Part shown: piece after piece, positions 1-11,697 of the stretch
How positions within the stretch are numbered: position 1 is the first letter of the stretch
Layout: every line of letters begins with the position of its first letter
Origin: Asterionella formosa
Lineage: Eukaryota
Length of the DNA stretch: 54,492 bases
Direction of reading: 5' to 3'
NCBI GenBank assembly: GCA_002256025.1
Contig: NKIB01013636.1
Coordinates: forward strand, 1-54,492
The notes under the pieces: model-generated
The model's database searches: none
The model's input: only the letters and a program-made list of their open reading frames with translations
What the model was told of the DNA's origin: nothing
Made by a program: the position numbers and the translations under genes

Positions 1-794
1 TAACTACGGTCTGTGTATCCGTCGGTGGACTCGCTTCTGGTCGGCCGTCTGATGAAAAGAAGGGAATTTCAATGAGGTGTTTCGTTACTTATCAAGAAAT
101 TTAACAGAGGACCACCGCCATCACGTACACAGCGTGGTCTTTGCGGCCGTCATTGGCATTTTGCTTTTGTGGCACATGACCATGTCGATATTGAAAAGTC
201 TTATTTTGGAAATGCCGGGAAACGTATAAATACCACGGTATGCACATGGATGTAGATACCGGTATGCATACCGGTATATGATACACCACTGGGAAGTCGC
301 AAAATAGTACCGGTAGCAATATAGCATGACTTTGCCGTACTGTTGTTGTGTCTCCCAGACAACACATATCATGCTGCCATCCAGTCCATAAAGCCTGGGA
401 GTCACAACGAATACCGGTAACAATAATAGGGCTACACAGTACGAACATCATCGATGTATTTCTTATGAATATACCGGTATATAAACAACATGTATCCCGG
501 TAATATCAATATTGCACTGCATGATACCGATACTGCTAATTTCTTGTAGAAAATATAACGACAACGGTACCCACCCCTTGATCCAGTCTCGTCATATACC
601 GATATGATACCGGTAGTAGTCTTTGGGCATTTGAATGTCCATTTCTATATAGCCCTCAGATTTTCTCAGGTCACGACATGCGATGGTGACCTAAGTCACT
701 TATTGTCCTGGTCCACCTTTTGCAAATGTAAGCAAGTATTCTATCTTTGTTCATTATTATATTAGAAAGACCAAGCAACTTCATCTTCTTTGAC

Positions 795-2127
795 ATGAGC
801 GCCACTAAGAGCACTTTGCGCAAATGGGCGTTCCCCCTAATGATGTTGGTCATCGGTGCCGCCTATGTTACCCTGCCTTCACCATTTGATGCTACTGCTG
901 ATGTGACACGAAGTCTTTCGGTTGATGGCGAGGTTGGTGAGGTCGGTGAGGTCGGTGAGGTTGGTGAGGTCGGTGAGGTCGATATGGAAGTCCGCCGTAA
1001 GCTCGTGGCGCCTTACGACACTTCTGCCTCCATCAAGCTTCCTGCCTTTTACAGTTCAATGGCTGATGTCTGGGAGCCTTTCAGTCGGTTCGACACTCCG
1101 TTCCTGTGGGCCGTTCCTCGTACTGGGTCTGGTACCTTCCAGAGACTCATTTGGTGGTGCATGGGAAAGACAGTTGCTGGTCGCGGTTGCATGAACTGCA
1201 ACAACAGAGTAAGTTACTTCTGTCGGCTCAAGTGTTCACAAGACAAACGTTGAACACCAACTGACTATTCGTTTATTTCATTACCAGACCATGGCTACTT
1301 ACTACGGAGGCCAGTCTAGCTGGGCTCCTTACAATGTCACGTACTTGAATACTGTTGTATTTACTAGGTGGTGGCTGCAAGAGTCTAAGAGCCGTGACCT
1401 GCTTGGATCTAGATTGGCTGATGTGGTTTCAACTCATTTGTTGCAAGATTCCATGACCATCCTTTTCAATACTACGTACAGAGCTCGTGGTTTCATCATG
1501 TTCCGTCACCCAGTCAAGCGCGCTATCGACCAATTCTTTTACCGTCAGCATGCCACATGGGAAAAGACCTTCGATCCTGATGTTGCCGTCATGCTTCTCA
1601 ATGAATATGTCAAGTCGGATGCCTTTGTTGAGAACTTTGTTACTCGATCGTTAGTTGGAAAGACTCGATCTGTCATTGACGTCACTGAGCAAGATGTTGC
1701 GCTTGCCAAGGAAATTTTGCGAAGAAGTAAGTTCAACCATGCAAAAAATCAACCCAATCATATTATGACAAATCCCTTACATATCGTCCTTCGCCACTGC
1801 CTTGTTGCAGAGTTCATGGTCGGAATTTTCGAATGGTTCAACGCTGGTATCATGCGATTTGACCACTACTATGGCTACTGGGATGAGTACGACATGGACC
1901 ACAACAGCACAATTGCCAACTGTCACTATAAACTTATCAAGTGGGGCGACCATGTTGGAAACTACCCGAAAGTTCATAATGAGGAAGATACCATCGAGAT
2001 TCTAGGCCAACGTGATTGGGCTGATGTTGAACTTTATCACTATGCCAAGACTCTTTTCCACGAGCAAACCTCACTCGTTGAGGGACCAGCATCTCTGCAT
2101 GGTGCTCACGCCGCATCGGTCGTCTAA
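795..2127 (+). CDS. Sulfotransferase-like type II membrane protein (diatom-expanded family), 3 exons
   Basis: ATG 795. N-terminal TM anchor (WAFPLMMLVIGAAYV). PAPS-loop-like motif FLWAVPRTGSGT and 3'-PB-like motif MFRHPVKRAIDQFFY. Introns 1209-1287 (GTAAGT..CAG, phase 0) and 1727-1810 (GTAAGT..CAG; removal gives EILRRKFMVGIFE). Confidence 0.75.
927..980 (+). repeat. In-frame 9-bp tandem repeat (GGYGAGGTY)x6 encoding (GEV)6
   Basis: Directly visible: ggcgaggtt ggtgaggtc ggtgaggtc ggtgaggtt ggtgaggtc ggtgaggtc. Confidence 0.95.
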
Positions 2128-3238
2128 GTGACTGAAACAGCAGCCATCAGCTTCATTAAGAAACAAAAGCTTCTCAGTGGGACGCTCCTATTAATAATAC
2201 TATAATACATGTTGAATAATTAGTAAAATCTGAATACTAAAATTTTGCTCATCAATGCCTTCACTAGGAGAAATATGCCTAAAGCTAAATTTAATGTTAA
2301 GAATGCTATTATTGTGAAAGGGCTTGATATTTGCAGAGGTGCGTTGTGAAGTTGTACTTGGTGATCCAGACAATGGTGTGGGTCATCGACCTGCCTGTGC
2401 ATTGTTGTGACAACATCACACTGAACTTTACGGATTACATACACAATGTAGGTAGAACATGTGGAAATCAAACCCTAAACCATAAGGTGTGCTTGACCAC
2501 TAAACAATTCCCATAAAATTAACAAATATATTTAAGTGTGACTAAACTAGCTATAATCAACAATATCACACTTTTTCGCCTAATTTACAAGCAAAAATAA
2601 AAAAAGCTACTATACTAATACTACATCAGAGCAGCAAGGAATCCACTGCTGTCAAATTTGCCTTCTTGCCACAACAACAAATTACAACAAAGCCTAAAAA
2701 GGAGCCTAGTACGACATCAAATTGGGTACTCATGAGCATCCTTTCCCCAAGATTATATAGCTTTTCAATCCATATTGCCAATGTACCAATTTTTTGTCCC
2801 TGCTTGAAAATCAAGCATTTATTTGGGCATGCCACTTTTTGAAAAGAGTTTATGACCTATTCTGGGAATTGTATAAATTTTTATTTGAAAGCTTGACATT
2901 CTGCATGTTCTATTGTCATGAGCAATTGATTCCTTCCCTTCTTGCAAGGCTAGGTAATACAAATTTTCCGGGTCACGACTGAAAGAAAAGAGGTATTGCT
3001 TCGAGCAGGATACCAGTCTGAAAGTACATAACACATACCGGTATGTTACATACGAAACATCATTTTTTTACCTGTAATACCGTTTCAAATTTCGAATGAT
3101 ATAGGGTAGTAATGTTAAATACTCATCATAATACATGATACTACAAGCAATAATACTACCAGGTCAGGATTGTACTACCGTATCAACTGTTGAAAAACTG
3201 TTAAATAACCGATACAGGCACCAAGGTACTCATAGACT

Positions 3239-4375
3239 ATGAAAGGAGGTTTCACCATGGCGAACCAGATCTTAATAACATTCCCTTTGAAAGACTTCAG
3301 TCTGAAACGATGCACGCCCACATGGCAGAGACGAAACCGATGGCAACAAGTGCTTTTCGTCTCTGTTTTTGTATGCGTTGTGGTGGCCTCAACCTGGACG
3401 GCCCAGTTATACCGTGCGATAAGCCTAACTACAATGCTTCAGACAGCAATAGAGGAACACGTGATGATTACAGAAGCAACGACGAGTATATCACCGGTAG
3501 ATTCAATTCCGATTCAGCAGCACAAAATTTTGGTCGTGTTTAGCGGTCCAGCTACAATGTCGGAAGGAAATGTCGACAAAAATGAGTTGTACTTTCGAAA
3601 CTTGGACTTTTTTCTTAAGCATGGCGTGGATTGCAAGGTACAAGATACCATTATCGTACTGGGTCATGACGTTGCGCCACTCTATCGGAAAGAGCTAAAA
3701 GAATTGGACAAGGCATGTGAACGAGACCATGCACATCGCATCACTCTGGTAGAACGCGACAATGTCTGCTATGACATGGAATCTGTCCGAATCGTCATGC
3801 ATGGTAATGTCACGGATATTCTTGCTTACGATTACTTTATATACGTCAATTGTGGAACAACAGGCCCCGTCATACCCAAGAACGAGAAAAATTCATTGCC
3901 GTGGACGAGCGCATTCATTGACAAGATGGTTGGAAATGTCAAAATGGTTGGATTGACTCATTGTTGTCGACCCGCTCATATTCAATCCATGGTCTATGGT
4001 CTGGATAAGGTGGCAATTAAAATCATTAAGGAATCACCTTGTGTCTTTGATTGTCGATCCATAATTTCCTTCTTCCCAAGCATAAATTATGATTCACTCC
4101 TGGGACTTATTATAAATCATTATGAAATTGGAATGAGCCGCACAATCATGGATAATGGGTATGGAATTATGAGCCTGACGAGGCCCAGCATACTCACCAA
4201 GGAAAACGAAGGCAACTGTACTGACCTCGACATTTGGTCAACATCACATTTGATTCAAACTTTTGGCAAGGTGCCTTCGCTAGGAGAGGTTCTGTTTTTC
4301 AAAACTTCCCGTGTTTTGACCTCAGAAACGGCTGCATTGATTAACTTTACTAGGAGAATTTCGTGGAATAAGTGA
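3239..4375 (+). CDS. Type II membrane putative glycosyltransferase (RgpF/rhamnan-synthesis-like)
   Basis: Intronless 378-aa ORF with an N-terminal TM segment. Motifs YDYFIYVNCGTTGP, HIQS and YEIGMS resemble RgpF-like proteins. Start could be 3239 or 3257. Confidence 0.55.
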   Translation: MKGGFTMANQILITFPLKDFSLKRCTPTWQRRNRWQQVLFVSVFVCVVVASTWTAQLYRAISLTTMLQTAIEEHVMITEATTSISPVDSIPIQQHKILVVFSGPATMSEGNVDKNELYFRNLDFFLKHGVDCKVQDTIIVLGHDVAPLYRKELKELDKACERDHAHRITLVERDNVCYDMESVRIVMHGNVTDILAYDYFIYVNCGTTGPVIPKNEKNSLPWTSAFIDKMVGNVKMVGLTHCCRPAHIQSMVYGLDKVAIKIIKESPCVFDCRSIISFFPSINYDSLLGLIINHYEIGMSRTIMDNGYGIMSLTRPSILTKENEGNCTDLDIWSTSHLIQTFGKVPSLGEVLFFKTSRVLTSETAALINFTRRISWNK

Positions 4376-4749
4376 GACTTTCCTTACAGAATTCGCGTTT
4401 GTTATTTTGAATGGCTCAATGCTGATATCATGCGGTTCGTCCGCCTCTAGGGTTCCTTGGATAATCACAACTTGGACAACAATGGAAAGGGCAATCAAGA
4501 TTGTCGTCAGCTTGATTGGGCTGATGTAGAAACCAAGACTTTTTTCTACAACCATGCCTCCCCTGTTGAGGCACTATTTGCGCCAAAGCGAGTGACATGC
4601 TAACAATTGGATCCAACAACCAATATCTACGGACTGAATTTGTTCATCGTTACCTTTCACTAGACATTGGATCAATACAATTTTCCTCTTTCTCGGCACT
4701 AATATTCTAGCTATGTACCAGTAAATGTCACGCAAGAACAATGTCATCA

Positions 4750-5592
4750 TCAGCTAGTAGAATCGTCGTCACTATTACTCACATTCCGTTTCCCGCCTTC
4801 TTTCTTCACCAATTTGGTCTCCTCTATACTTATACGATGACTCACTGCCTTGCACATGTCATAAATCGTAAGAGCAGCCACGGATGCTCCTATCAGGGCC
4901 TCCATTTCCACTCCTGTCTTGTGTGTTACTCTACATTCACAAGATATTTTTGCCACATTGCCTTGTAATGTAATGTCAATGTGAACCTTATCAAGCGGCA
5001 AGGCATGACAGAGAGGAATGATATCTGAACATCGTTTGGCTGCCATGATTCCTGCAATTTTGGCAGTTGAAAATATGGGACCCTTTTTGCCAACAAGTTC
5101 CCTCGAGGACACATCGAGAAAGGCAGTCATGACTTCTGGAGGAAAAATCACTTTGGACGTGGCTGTGGCAGTTCGTTGGGTAATGGCCTTGTGTCCTACA
5201 TCGACCATGCTAACGGAATTACCATCGGCCGACAAGTGAGTAAAGTGTTGGTGTGTCCAGTCGTTTGCAGCAGCAGCACTGGATGGAACACACGTGGAAT
5301 CGGGATGGAAAACAGTGTCATCCTCTGGCATGACGGCATCGTTCAGATCCCGGGCTTGACTGATGCTAGCCATCGTTGTGGGACCGGTAGTCTGGATGTG
5401 ACGGATGCTCCAAGCGGCCCTGTCCTCTTGGGTGAAACCAAAGAGGTCCTCACGTTCTTGCGCCAGTTCGGCCATTTGGGCTTTGAAGGCTTCATGAAGT
5501 GCTGCTGCGTCTGCGCTACTGCTGTCTATCGAACGATAGCGACGTATCAGAAGGAATGGGCGAAGCGTTCGACTATAGTGACGCAGGATCAT
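4750..5592 (-). CDS. moaC: Cyclic pyranopterin monophosphate synthase (MoaC/CNX3/MOCS1B) with mitochondrial-type transit peptide
   Basis: Motifs THL..MVDVGHK, KKGP, AGIMAAK..IIPLCH, KTGVEMEAL, LTIYDMCKAV and KEGGK. Arg-rich N-terminus. Confidence 0.95.
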   Translation of the reverse strand: MILRHYSRTLRPFLLIRRYRSIDSSSADAAALHEAFKAQMAELAQEREDLFGFTQEDRAAWSIRHIQTTGPTTMASISQARDLNDAVMPEDDTVFHPDSTCVPSSAAAANDWTHQHFTHLSADGNSVSMVDVGHKAITQRTATATSKVIFPPEVMTAFLDVSSRELVGKKGPIFSTAKIAGIMAAKRCSDIIPLCHALPLDKVHIDITLQGNVAKISCECRVTHKTGVEMEALIGASVAALTIYDMCKAVSHRISIEETKLVKKEGGKRNVSNSDDDSTS

Positions 5593-6169
5593 TATTGTAT
5601 GATGACCTTTCCTTTTGTTGGCTCTTGTGTTATTGTTAGCTCAAGCACTGGTACCATATTTGGTGCTCCTCATGGTTGACGAATGGCTGAGGGGATGATC
5701 ATAAAAGCTGCTACCTGGTACCAGGTACCAGTACAATGCTTTATATCACTGCGACGCCCTCATCATGATGTCTTTCTTAAATACTTAGATCCTGTGAGTT
5801 TATTATCCATATATATGAAACTACTTCTCTTTTTTTTCATCTATACACTCACATGAGACTAGCGGTATACAATGAAGTTACACAAATGTACCGTGTACCA
5901 CAACAAGGATGGCAAAATATCTGCCAGAGAGCTTATGATTTATACTCATACATCGTACCAAACATGAATCATTATGCAGGTACGGTATGCTGGATATAAT
6001 AAACTGCTCTAACGGCTGGTAACATCCATGGCATCTACCGGTACATACATTGAATGTACTGTAGGAGATAAAAAACGCAAAAAAAGCCAAAATACTGAAA
6101 AATATATACCGGTATTTTTCATTCAAACATCTTCACCTTCTGCCACTTGCTCCATGTTCCTTATCCGCC

Positions 6170-7249
6170 ATGTCTAGCAAAAGCACAACCGCCAGTGCAC
6201 TCATCAGAAAAGCATCCACCGACCGCTCCCTCCTTGTCCTAGTCGTAGATGTATCCCCAGTCGCATGGGGCGAACGATCCGTCTTGCGCCAAGCTCAAGA
6301 CAAACAGCGCCTTGCTGCTGGCAAACGATCTGCCGGTCCAGTCACGCTCGACGAATTGCTCCACAGCATCAGAGTGTATTGCGGAGCATATGCCACCCTG
6401 CAACGTTCCGCCTGCATAGTAATTATTGGAGTTGCCGCAGACAAGACTGCCCTGCTTTTTCCGAGGAAAAATGACCTTGAACGCTTCTTTCGAACGGGCA
6501 ACGATGTGGACTTGACACTTCTTCCAAGGCAGCTTTTCGACGGAGTGGCAGAGCTAGTTGCGAGGGTAGCCGTCAATGCAGTATCTTCTACGGGGGAAGC
6601 CTCCATGGCAAGTGCTGTCAGTCAAGCCTTTTGCATGGTCAATCGATTTCTGGTGGCCACGCAACAGGGTGTGTCGGCGCTAACAACAGAATCCTCGGGG
6701 CTATTTCGAAAGGACGACCAAGGCGTAGTAGGAATGATGACTGGTGAGACAAGCAAAAAAAAGTCGACTGCGATCGACTGGTCTCCGCGAATACTAGTAC
6801 TGCAGGCGTCGCCAGATCGGGCAAACGATTACAATTCAATGATGAATTGTGTCTTTGCTGCAATCAAACATTCAATTGTCATTGATGGTTGCTTTCTACC
6901 GGTTGGGAGCAAGAACGCGCCAAAATCAAGTTCTTTCTTGGAGCAAGCATGTGACAGAACTGGTGGCATTTACTTGTCTCCATCAGGTGCTGCACAGGTG
7001 GGTGCTGCTTTGACAGAAGTTTTTATGTGTGTTTTTTTGGCACCTAGATCGGCTAGACCATTACTGAATTTACCGATCGTTCAAAAGGTGGACTTCCGTG
7101 CACAATGTTTCGAGACTGGAGAGAGTGTTGATATTGCCTATGTTTGCAACCAGTGTTTAAGCATCTTTAAGAAGCTACCTTTAGACCAATGCCCGACCTG
7201 TCAAGCAGAAATCAAAAAGAAAGAAGCAAAGGTAGGAACTGCAACTTAG
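6170..7249 (+). CDS. TFB4: TFIIH subunit Tfb4/p34 (GTF2H3)
   Basis: vWA-like SLLVLVVDVSP; YNSMMNCVFAA; FLEQACDRTGGIY; VDFRAQCF; C-terminal C4 zinc finger YVCNQCLSIF...CPTC. Confidence 0.93.
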   Translation: MSSKSTTASALIRKASTDRSLLVLVVDVSPVAWGERSVLRQAQDKQRLAAGKRSAGPVTLDELLHSIRVYCGAYATLQRSACIVIIGVAADKTALLFPRKNDLERFFRTGNDVDLTLLPRQLFDGVAELVARVAVNAVSSTGEASMASAVSQAFCMVNRFLVATQQGVSALTTESSGLFRKDDQGVVGMMTGETSKKKSTAIDWSPRILVLQASPDRANDYNSMMNCVFAAIKHSIVIDGCFLPVGSKNAPKSSSFLEQACDRTGGIYLSPSGAAQVGAALTEVFMCVFLAPRSARPLLNLPIVQKVDFRAQCFETGESVDIAYVCNQCLSIFKKLPLDQCPTCQAEIKKKEAKVGTAT

Positions 7250-7378
7250 GACAGAGTAGAAATAAAACGCGCGATGTTGCATACATCCATCAAGCACATG
7301 TACATCTAGATGCCCGACCTCAAGATTCGTTGACATCTTGAGCGCATTAGTACGGTAGGTCTTGAAAAAAACACTTTC

Positions 7379-9001
7379 TTAGGCTGCCCATTGATCCAAA
7401 AGATCACTAATCTCTTTTGCTGCACGCCTTCCACTCATTAATGCTGAATGAACGCTACCCTCATGCTCAGAGTTGGTCGCTTCGCCACAAAAGATCAGTT
7501 TGCCATCCCATTCAGGTTCTCTCAACGCATCTGTAGTATCTTCTGTTGCCCCCAACGTATGGGAAGAATATGCTCCCAACGAGAATGGGTCCTCCTCCCA
7601 CCTAGTTACATGGGAGTCGATCAGCAACTCATTGAGATTTTGCACTCCCATTACAGACTCCATGATAGTTAACAGTTCTTGAAGGATCGCCTCCGTCGAC
7701 TTGTGAGTCGCCCAATTCGCTTGCTCATTCAATAGAATCACTTCTAAGCACGGGATACCCCGATTGGCCCATAGATTATCAACTAAAATGTATTTTCCAA
7801 GTGGTCCAGAGCCAGATTCATTCAAGAGACCAAGGAATCCTGTAGTCTGGGACCAAAAGATCTTACTAAAGGTCAGAAACACCTTTTTATATGGACCAAC
7901 TCTGAGAGTCTGAATGGCTTTTAATTTCTCTTTTGAGAGCGGGTTTTGAAACAAAGGACGAATATTTTCGGGACTTATTGCTTTTTTCAAGCAGGCAAGG
8001 GGGATAGTAACAACGCACCCTTCGGCTTCAATTGTCAATCCTGTGCCTGTAACAACCACAATCCTACCATCACGTTGTCCAATGCTGATGACCTCTTGAC
8101 CCAATAATATACACTCTTTTACTCCGTTCGTCAACAACGGATCGAGCAGAGTCTTCATTCCACTCACAACAGTGCAATGTGGGCCGGAGTAGTCTCCATT
8201 TTGTTCATATCCATCCCATATGAAGTCCTCATCGTCGTCTTCCTCTTCATCACTGCTTGGTTCCTCGTCTCCCATAAACTCGGAAAGTTGGAGATCCCCG
8301 GCTCGCGATGCTGACCAGCACTCATACAAGAGTTGATAGAATCCCGTAACGAGTTCCAGGTCCTTGTCATTTGTAACAAAGTCACGTTCTGTCTTGACTT
8401 TGTCAATAATCTCCTGCACACTAGTTGAGAAATTTTCTTTGTCTTGATTCTCTCGCTCAAACCCGATCGCCTCTACTCGGTCTAATATCGCGTTGTTTCG
8501 TTTCAGAGCCCGTCGAATAATCGGATTGTCCGTTTCAATTTGCTTTCCTCCTTGGTAAAAGATGATTTGGTTCGTGTCAAAGAGAGCAAACTTGGGCCGC
8601 GTCCACGGATTGCCTGGAAAGACAGGCTGAAGATGTTCTTCAAACGCGGCTTGTTTCCCGACGTTTTGAATGAGCAATTCCATCATGGGATTGGGTTGAA
8701 CCTTTGGTACTCTGATCCTTGCGCCCGTCGGCCACTCGTAGCCTAGTCCATGAACCCACGCAGCTCCGTAGTCCATTGTGAATTCCACGTTTGTCCCATC
8801 GGTAGTTGTTCGTTCCAAGACTTGACTATGAATGCGTCCTCCTATCCGATCGCGGGCTTCGACAATGACACAATCAAATCCGTTTCGCTTCAGAATCGAT
8901 GCGCATTGGAGCCCGCTGGCGCCAGCGCCGACAATGACAACTTGCGTCTTGGCAGAGCCGTGGTTGTTGTTCAGATTCTTGTCTTGGCTATTTGGTGGCA
9001 T
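7379..9001 (-). CDS. Flavin-containing amine oxidase (polyamine oxidase/LSD1-like)
   Basis: GxGxxG motif VIVGAGASGL; EARDRIGGRI; DYGAAWVHG; TRWEEDPFSLGAYS; FCGEAT...GSVHSALMSGRRAA. Confidence 0.92.
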   Translation of the reverse strand: MPPNSQDKNLNNNHGSAKTQVVIVGAGASGLQCASILKRNGFDCVIVEARDRIGGRIHSQVLERTTTDGTNVEFTMDYGAAWVHGLGYEWPTGARIRVPKVQPNPMMELLIQNVGKQAAFEEHLQPVFPGNPWTRPKFALFDTNQIIFYQGGKQIETDNPIIRRALKRNNAILDRVEAIGFERENQDKENFSTSVQEIIDKVKTERDFVTNDKDLELVTGFYQLLYECWSASRAGDLQLSEFMGDEEPSSDEEEDDDEDFIWDGYEQNGDYSGPHCTVVSGMKTLLDPLLTNGVKECILLGQEVISIGQRDGRIVVVTGTGLTIEAEGCVVTIPLACLKKAISPENIRPLFQNPLSKEKLKAIQTLRVGPYKKVFLTFSKIFWSQTTGFLGLLNESGSGPLGKYILVDNLWANRGIPCLEVILLNEQANWATHKSTEAILQELLTIMESVMGVQNLNELLIDSHVTRWEEDPFSLGAYSSHTLGATEDTTDALREPEWDGKLIFCGEATNSEHEGSVHSALMSGRRAAKEISDLLDQWAA

Positions 9002-10209
9002 CCTGGTGCAGAGCCACAGTAAGTGTATGATATGAGCAAGGTGGAGAATGGTTGCAGTAAGGAATAAGGGCTATGTAATGTGGTACAAAATGACTGGGAT
9101 TGAATCGTTCGCTTTCCTTCTAGGACGAATAAACATGTTTGAAATCTAGATTCGGTATACCAGTAGCTAGTTAGCGGTACCAGATTCAAGGCAACAGATG
9201 ATGCACGACCAACAGCAATCGCACACCACAGGAGCGATTATGGCTACATAATCCTGTCCGTATCATACATTGTGCCTACACGGTATTCAAGTTTGTGAAT
9301 TTACGACTCTAATATATATATATATAAATGTAAAGTTATATAATGCCAGTTATATATTTACATATATATAATGCTGAAATACTAAATTTTGTGGAGTTTT
9401 TGGTGCACCATGATCACAGCTTCTGGAATCAAATATCTCCAATAAAAAGTAGCAGAGGAATATTGCAGCATACCTCTGATAAAGTCATTCAACAGTGGTG
9501 AACATCAGCAGTAGTATGTTCGAAGATACATCCATCCAATACATATGTATGTGTCAGTACTTGAACATATGGATTTATGACATACAGCATACTGCTGCAG
9601 CAGTATGCAGACCCAACAAGGAATGCAATAAATTTATAGAACACACATTAGTAGAACAAGTAAAGAATTGGTAACTGCATTTCTCTGTGTCCGGCAGCAT
9701 ATGTTTTCGTCATGATATGTTCAGCACTTGCTTATATTTTGCTTACTAAATAGCAGAGAATTATTACAACATACTTGGAGTACCATCAGTTAAAAGCTGT
9801 AAGCCACGGCTATGGCGACTTATGGACTGTAAGCCACTGCTAACTGTCGACACGAGATTGCGAAATTTGGATATTTTCATGTTTACTCTATTGAGCCAGC
9901 ATCACCTTTTAAATACATATTAATACATATGTATTCTTTCGCTCACTGGTGTGCCGTAATAAAGAGATAAATTCGCATGTGGAAAATGTCAAATTGGAAT
10001 TCCTGGCACGTCCGATTTAACAGTACAAATTCAAAAGGTGTGTACAACAATCACCCACAATACCAATCATCATGACCGTAAATGCACCTCGAAAAGGCAA
10101 AGCCTTGCCTCGAAAGAAGTTGCCTTCTGAAAAGCTCAATAGCATTCACATTTTTCCTTATCAATGTGCCTAGTAGGGAGCGAGAATCTAAGAAGGCTAA
10201 CAATATCGC

Positions 10210-10699
10210 AGAATAGAAAGCAAACGAGCGACGCAAGAAAGATCTTGACCGGTCATTCCAGGGCAGCACTGGAGCGTGCTAGGAAGAAGCGCCATAAATT
10301 TCAACATGGTAGCGCGCTCGTTAGTACATGTTGTATATGGGTATACGTGAAAAACCAGAGGTCGACAGTTCGAGTCCTCAGCAAGAACAGAAAAAAAGAA
10401 TAAGAAAAAAGAGAGGCACTTTGAAAAGTCCTGTAGGATAGGGTGTGTCGAGCATACACAATGGAATGAGGTATGTCAAGCATCAACACCAGGGGAGGGT
10501 ATCAGATTTTATCTCTCAGGCTGTTGATGTTGACAGTTGTCCGAAGACTAGATACTGTCTGGGGAATGTCTAAATGGAAATAGACATTTTTTATATATAG
10601 AAGCAATAAAAAGAAAACAAGCGGCGTGAGAAAGATCTTGATCAGTCATTCCAGCGCAGTACTGAAGCACGCTAGGAAGAAACGCCATAAATTTCAACA
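10210..10699 (+). repeat. Pair of ~90-bp diverged direct repeats (about 10210-10306 and 10609-10699)
   Basis: Shared core agaaagatcttga.c.gtcattccag.gcag.actg.agc..gctaggaagaa.cgccataaatttcaaca. Confidence 0.85.
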
Positions 10700-10711
10700 A
10701 GGGAGAATATA

Positions 10712-11697
10712 CCTGCAAGTTGCAATTATTTTGCTGAAATTGATGATGTGACAATTCAGGACAGGCGTTTAATTATATAGAAAACGTCATCAATTCAGTC
10801 CTTAAAACCGTCTGTATGCATGGTGATCACCACTTATTGATATACTAGGTTTTATGCTAAGTTTAGTATTTTTTTAACTGTGAATCTATAAATTTCATGA
10901 AAAAATGCGCTATCAGCTATTTCAATTTTTGTTGTCAATATTAGTGTTATTACAACTATTCTTTTACAATTGAATTTTTTATATTGTGCTCATTATATAT
11001 ACCCAATAGCAAAGCGTCGTTCTCATTTTTCATGGAGATATTTGTTAATTTTGTCATGGTCAAGGCTGGTGAGAAGACATGATGCACCATGCATACTCCA
11101 GCCACTCATGACGACTACTACTCTGCAGTGCTATACCAGTAAATATTTTGTCTATAGAAAATCAAGAATTGAATCATCTAAGATAAATAATTACAGGTAT
11201 ATACAAGCGCTTATGAGTGCTAGTACCTCAGGTACTACCCTGAGCAGCATGAGTCCAGCCACCACCAGCATGCATATGGTGATACTATGGTTTAATAGTT
11301 AGATCGGGTACAACTAGTTGTTACATGTGATGATGCTAGCATTCAACTATTTCAAATTCTAATTGATATAGAAATTTTCATTATTGGTTGTTTTCATCAC
11401 TTCAGCCAGAAAAGGAGAACAATTTTGAGTTTGGAGAGAATGAAGCAGCAATGTAAGCAAGATTAGCTTACTTTAGCTTCTGGCCACCCCTCTATTGCCC
11501 CAGTCATTGTCATTTTTTTCAGCCATTTGTCTTTTTTGGCATTTCTGTGTCTAGACAAAATAATTATTCACATCACTAACAAGTCATGATACTGTTGACT
11601 CAAAGAGAGAGAGTTGATGAAGTTCTCTTTTTATAAATTTTGAGTGCCTGTCCTGCGTCACATTGTCCATTTCAACAATATGACCGCAACTTGCTGG
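10712..11697. mobile_element. Non-autonomous TIR element (MITE-like), TA target duplication, ends CCTGCAAG...CTTGCTGG
   Basis: Left end TA|CCTGCAAGTTGC...GACAGGCG...AAAACGTCATCAA is the inverted counterpart of the right end TTGATGAAGTT...GCCTGTCC...GCAACTTGCTGG|TA. A third copy of this end lies at about 31860-31993. Confidence 0.75.

Noticed and set aside
101..451. Two overlapping minus-strand ORFs
   Set aside because: No domain; the composition reflects TACCGGTA-rich spacer DNA.
2220..3034. Several 60-80 aa ORFs in an AT-rich spacer
   Set aside because: No recognisable motifs, TIRs or repeats; possibly old TE debris, but unsupported.
5176..5679. 167-aa ORF antisense to moaC, and similar antisense ORFs over ABCC, CASP and HSF
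   Set aside because: Shadow ORFs of well-supported genes on the opposite strand.
5713..5733. GGTACC/CCWGG arrays as a sign of a restriction-modification system or telomeric repeats
   Set aside because: No methylase or nuclease gene in the window; mixed orientation and variable fillers do not fit telomerase addition.
7308..7342. 11-bp echo of the TFB4 3' end (atgcccgacct) and a short ctcaagat/atcttgag hairpin
   Set aside because: Too short to exclude chance; bacterial-type terminators are not expected in this nuclear context.
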